Source: an uncultured Bacteroidota bacterium (GTDB lineage Bacteria; Bacteroidota; Bacteroidia; Flavobacteriales; Flavobacteriaceae). From it: a DNA stretch of 64,000 nucleotides. The position numbers and the translations under genes were made by a program. Shown here piece by piece: positions 18,001 through 21,303 of this stretch; the stretch's first letter is position 1; each line of letters begins with the position of its first letter. The stretch is taken from assembly GCA_902619315.1 (NCBI GenBank), contig CACNDW010000002.1, positions 4,760-68,759 of the forward strand. Reading direction: 5' to 3'. Below the pieces are notes generated by a model. It did not search any database. It was not told the origin of the DNA and worked only from the letters and a program-made list of their open reading frames with translations.

Positions 18001-19913
18001 ATAGTTATGGTATAAGTAATCACATCACCCGCACTTGGAACTCCATCTCCATTGTCAGTTAATACTGCAGTTTTAAATAAATCAATACCAGTAGTTATGT
18101 CTAGTGGAGTTTCAGTTACATCATCAGTAGTGTTACCATCCGTATCAATTCCGTCATCACTCCAATCATTTACATCAGAATTCGCATTAGGATCTGATCT
18201 AGCATAAACATATACTCTATTATTAATTTGTCCTGTATCAGTATCACTTGCTTTAATGGTATAATTAGCGGTATATACCCTTGACGCTCCAGGGGCCAAT
18301 GGATCATCGTTGTTTACAATTCCTGGTGCATCATAACTTAAATTTGTTCCAAGCCCATTTGTCAGCTGATCAATGAATCTAATTGTATGAAGGGTAATTT
18401 GACCAGTATTGACAACAGTTATTGTGTACTGAATAATATCACCTGCCCCTAATTCATTGTCACCATCATCGATAACATTAGCAATTTTAGTAACCTCAAT
18501 GGACTTTGTAATTGTAGTTTGTACAACAGTAGCGTCCTCTGCTGCAGCAGTTGAAGGGTCATCAGAGGAATCATTTACGTTATTTGTTTGACCTGGACTA
18601 TCACCTTGAACCAATAGGGTGTTTCTAACTTCCCCAGTATTTGCAGCTTCAGGAGTTATTACAAAAGTAGCTCTATACCTTTCAGTCTCCGCTACGTTGA
18701 GAGCACCTTGTGCTGTTGATGTATCAGTTGATGACACAAAAGTTGGTCCAGTAGATAAAGTCAGAGCACCACCGAGGGAATTTGTTAAGTTTTCAGTGAA
18801 ATCAAGATTACTTATTGTAACGTTTCCTTGGTTTTCAATAAAAATATCATAAACAATTGTGTCCCCCACATCATTTACGTTATTGTTGTTGTTGTCTATT
18901 ACAGATGCTATTTTTGTGGTATTAAGTGTTGTAACGTGTGGTATATCATTTTGAACACAAGAGTCAATTGAATCAGTAACCAGTGCTCCTGTTGAAAACA
19001 CATTGGCTTGGGCAGTAAGGCAGTTATTGACCCTTCCAGATTCTATAGCGGTTTGATCAAGTGTATATACAGCCGTGTAAAAAACGGTTTCTCCAACTAA
19101 AAGAGTTCCTGTAGTAGTTCCATTTCCTGCTCCAGCATCTGAAATATTTCCATAGGTAGAAGAGGTAAAAACAGCACCTGGTGGTGTAAATGGTGCTGTT
19201 AGTGCGAGTGCCCTGCCTCCCTGATCAGTTAATGCATCATCTGGCGCAATAGCAATTAATTCTTGATAACCATCGTTGTTTACAGTAATTACATAGTGAA
19301 GAATATCTCCCACTGAATACATTCCATCTCCGTCAACATCCTCAAATCGATCAAATACTTTGTCAATTTCAATAGATGCAACACTATCTCCTCCAGTTAT
19401 AATATTTGGGTCATCAGTGATGTTACCATCAGAATCGTTTCCATCATCGCTCGTGTCCGAAACTTGTTGACTGTCTGCACTTAAAGCCTGACCTAAAATG
19501 CTCAAACTTATACCACCAGTGGAGCCAATGTTGGAAAAAGTATATGATGCAACATAGGTTTCCACCTCACCTGCAATCAATGAACCTGTTGCATTAGATT
19601 CGGATGAATTAGAATAAATAATACCCCCACTTAGATTAAGAGTAGAGTTGTCTAAACCAAGAAATGTTGAGCTTAGAGTAAGGTTGTTTACTGTAATATT
19701 ACCCTTGTTTTCAACTGTTAAAGTGAAATTAACAACATCCCCATTATCAACTAATCCGTTAGTGTTAGTATCAGTTAAGTTTGAAAAAACCTTAACTTCG
19801 ATTTGTCTATTTATTTGAGAGAAAGCCTTTGTCCCTGATAAAAGAGAGATAATTACTAAGGAAAATTGTATTGTCCTTCGCAACAGGATTTTTTTTAACT
19901 TTCGTTTGTTCAT
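1..19913 (-). CDS. Giant secreted cell-surface repeat adhesin (5' complete, 3' end beyond window; >=6,637 aa): DUF11 repeats, TSP3-like Ca-binding repeats, jelly-roll and C-type-lectin-like domains
   Basis: The ATG lies on the complement of 19911-19913, with an in-frame stop at 19956-19958 upstream and no alternative start between them. The N-terminus [33 protein letters not shown] looks like a signal peptide. All eight minus-strand ORFs the track lists in 1-19900 end at coordinates = 1 mod 3, whereas this frame is = 2 mod 3. A broken frame would have produced listed fragments, so the frame is open to position 1. Hand translations at 3-59, 690-716, 2660-2900, 3590-3800, 6470-6640 and 7190-7300 all give sensible protein, e.g. 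[55 protein letters not shown]. The DUF11/TIGR01451-like motif (I/V)xNTGN recurs about 27 times by eye. Confidence 0.88.
   Translation of the reverse strand, partial: [6637 protein letters not shown]
6370..7786. repeat. Near-identical 1,417-bp repeat, copy A (partner 10447-11863)
   Basis: By-eye alignment at offset 4077 found one mismatch (7515 t vs 11592 a). Identity breaks at 6369/10446 and at 7787/11864. Three out-of-frame ORFs in the track are duplicated verbatim: 6431-6625=10508-10702, 6568-6753=10645-10830 and 7274-7465=11351-11542. Confidence 0.9.
10447..11863. repeat. Near-identical 1,417-bp repeat, copy B (partner 6370-7786)
   Basis: Same evidence as copy A. The offset of 4077 bp equals 3 x 1359, so the duplication is in frame. 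Confidence 0.9.
14117..15550. repeat. Diverged third copy of the same module
   Basis: It is clearly homologous at both ends: catcattatctgagtctaaatcaaatatgtcc matches catcattatctgaatccagatcaaacatgtcg. There are many substitutions throughout. Identity was not computed. Confidence 0.6.
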
Positions 19914-20191
19914 AATACTTGAAAAGCGATAAAAAAAACATCGCCTAACTTCAAATTACCGCGTATTATAGTTTATTAAAAATAGATATTAGAGTAGAGT
20001 GGGATAAGGCATTTGCATGGAAAGAATTAACAAAATATAGTTAATAAAAAGATTAAGTAAAATTGAAGTAGAATTGCAGTATTTTATAAATGAATTTAAG
20101 AGTATAGAAAAGAATTTATTTAACACTTCGAAGGTTTTGTTATTTTAGTTAAAAGAAAACCAAAAGGACAAATAGGAAAACAAATCAAAAA

Positions 20192-20788
20192 ATGAAGAAT
20201 TATAATTTGAAAGATATAAGTCTATTTTGTTTGATTTTTTTTTCCCTATGTTGTTGTAAAAAAGAAGGAGCAGCTCAAGTTATGGAAAATGAAGTTGAGG
20301 ATAAAACGGTAGACATGACAAATGTAAACCCCCCCATTATCCAGACTCCTTCACCAGTGATTTATCTTGCAGACAATCTGGACGAACAAGATCAGCTAGG
20401 ATATTGTATTGATACACGAGGTAGAGGTTTCAATGAAGATTTGCATGCACATTCTTGTAAGCCAAAGGGTGGTGATGTTCAGTTTTCTTATAGCAAAGAA
20501 ACCCTTCAAATTTGTTCGGTTGAGTTTACCGGCTACTGTATCGAAATGCCTGGAGGAGCTTCAAAAGGAATGAGTTTAAGACTTCTAGAAAGTGATACGA
20601 GTTCCTCTGATCAGAAATTTATCTATAACGAAGATAGCGGTGAATTTGTGCCAGAAGAAGATCTTACCCTTTGCATTGCTGTAGGTGAAACTAGTGCTGC
20701 TGCTGGTATCTATATGTCCCGTTCTTTAACCTTAGAACTATCTTCTGAAACGGATGTTAAATTAAAGCAATGGGTAATTCTTGAATGA
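20192..20788 (+). CDS. Small exported Cys-rich protein, possible lipoprotein, with ricin-B-like beta-trefoil pattern
   Basis: 198-aa ORF with the hydrophobic N-terminus ISLFCLIFFSLCCCKK. Three pseudo-repeats centre on GYCID, GYCIE and LCIAV, with QxW-like motifs (DQKFIY, LKQWVI). It is divergent from the adhesin gene. Confidence 0.6.
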   Translation: MKNYNLKDISLFCLIFFSLCCCKKEGAAQVMENEVEDKTVDMTNVNPPIIQTPSPVIYLADNLDEQDQLGYCIDTRGRGFNEDLHAHSCKPKGGDVQFSYSKETLQICSVEFTGYCIEMPGGASKGMSLRLLESDTSSSDQKFIYNEDSGEFVPEEDLTLCIAVGETSAAAGIYMSRSLTLELSSETDVKLKQWVILE

Positions 20789-20970
20789 TTACGCAAATGA
20801 TTTGACTACTGATATGAGTAGAAGAAATCAATTATCAAATTTTCAGCGTAATTGACTAATTATTTCAAATAGCAGAGGCAGATAAATTTTTTATAGAAAT
20901 TCTTTAGGCCGTATAGTTTCAAAAAAACAACTATATCTGATGAATCTTTAGGTCTATTTTTATATATAAC

Positions 20971-21066
20971 CCAAAATCCAAAAATGACCAAAAATGACCA
21001 AAAATGATCAAAAAAGAGGTAATATTGATCAAAAATGATCAAAAAATGAGAAAAATTGATCAAAAA
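20971..21066. repeat. Phased A-tract / TGA(C/T)CA decamer repeat block in an intergenic region
   Basis: A5-6 tracts start at 20980, 20990, 21000, 21010, 21031, 21041, 21051 and 21062, giving 10-11 bp phasing. The unit (C/T)CAAAAATGA is repeated. TGATCA occurs at 21005, 21026, 21036 and 21057, and TGACCA at 20985 and 20995. Confidence 0.8.
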
Positions 21067-21303
21067 CAAACTTTTTTTAATTTCACATTTATGGTGCCAA
21101 CTACTGTTTTTTATCAATCTCTGTGGCAGTAATCTATGTGTAAAACTTATGTGAAAAACCCTAGGGTAAATTTATAAGATTGGGCAGTGGTTATCTTTTT
21201 GGACTTGTAATTAACCTCTATTTTTAAGAAATTAAATAGAAAAAATTTTGACTAGATTTTATAAATTTAGCTACAAATAGATTCTTTAAAATGGTTGATA
21301 TTT

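Noticed and set aside
525-18852. About 35 short ORFs (60-127 aa, both strands) listed by the track within the first 19.9 kb
   Set aside because: All lie antisense to, or out of frame with, the continuous giant minus-strand frame. Their translations are low-complexity and Ser/Val/Ile/Leu-rich, or are repeated verbatim because the underlying DNA is repeated. They are shadows of the adhesin CDS.
1-19913. Whether the regular ~350-420 bp and ~4 kb periodicity is a CRISPR array or a non-coding satellite
   Set aside because: The repeats are far longer than CRISPR repeats, and there are no short conserved repeats alternating with unique spacers. The periodicity is at the protein-domain level within one open reading frame.
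19921-19945. Short hairpin (GCGAT-N9-ATCGC) in the adhesin 5' leader as a possible attenuator or riboswitch
   Set aside because: The stem is only 5 bp in very AT-rich sequence. There is no conserved riboswitch motif that I can recognise, so it is too weak to call.
20860-21117. 85-aa minus-strand ORF (MIKNSSWHHKCEIKK...)
   Set aside because: It is largely a translation of the A-tract/TGATCA repeat block (FLIIFDQYYLFFDHFWSFLVIFGFW). It has no recognisable domain, so it is most likely spurious.
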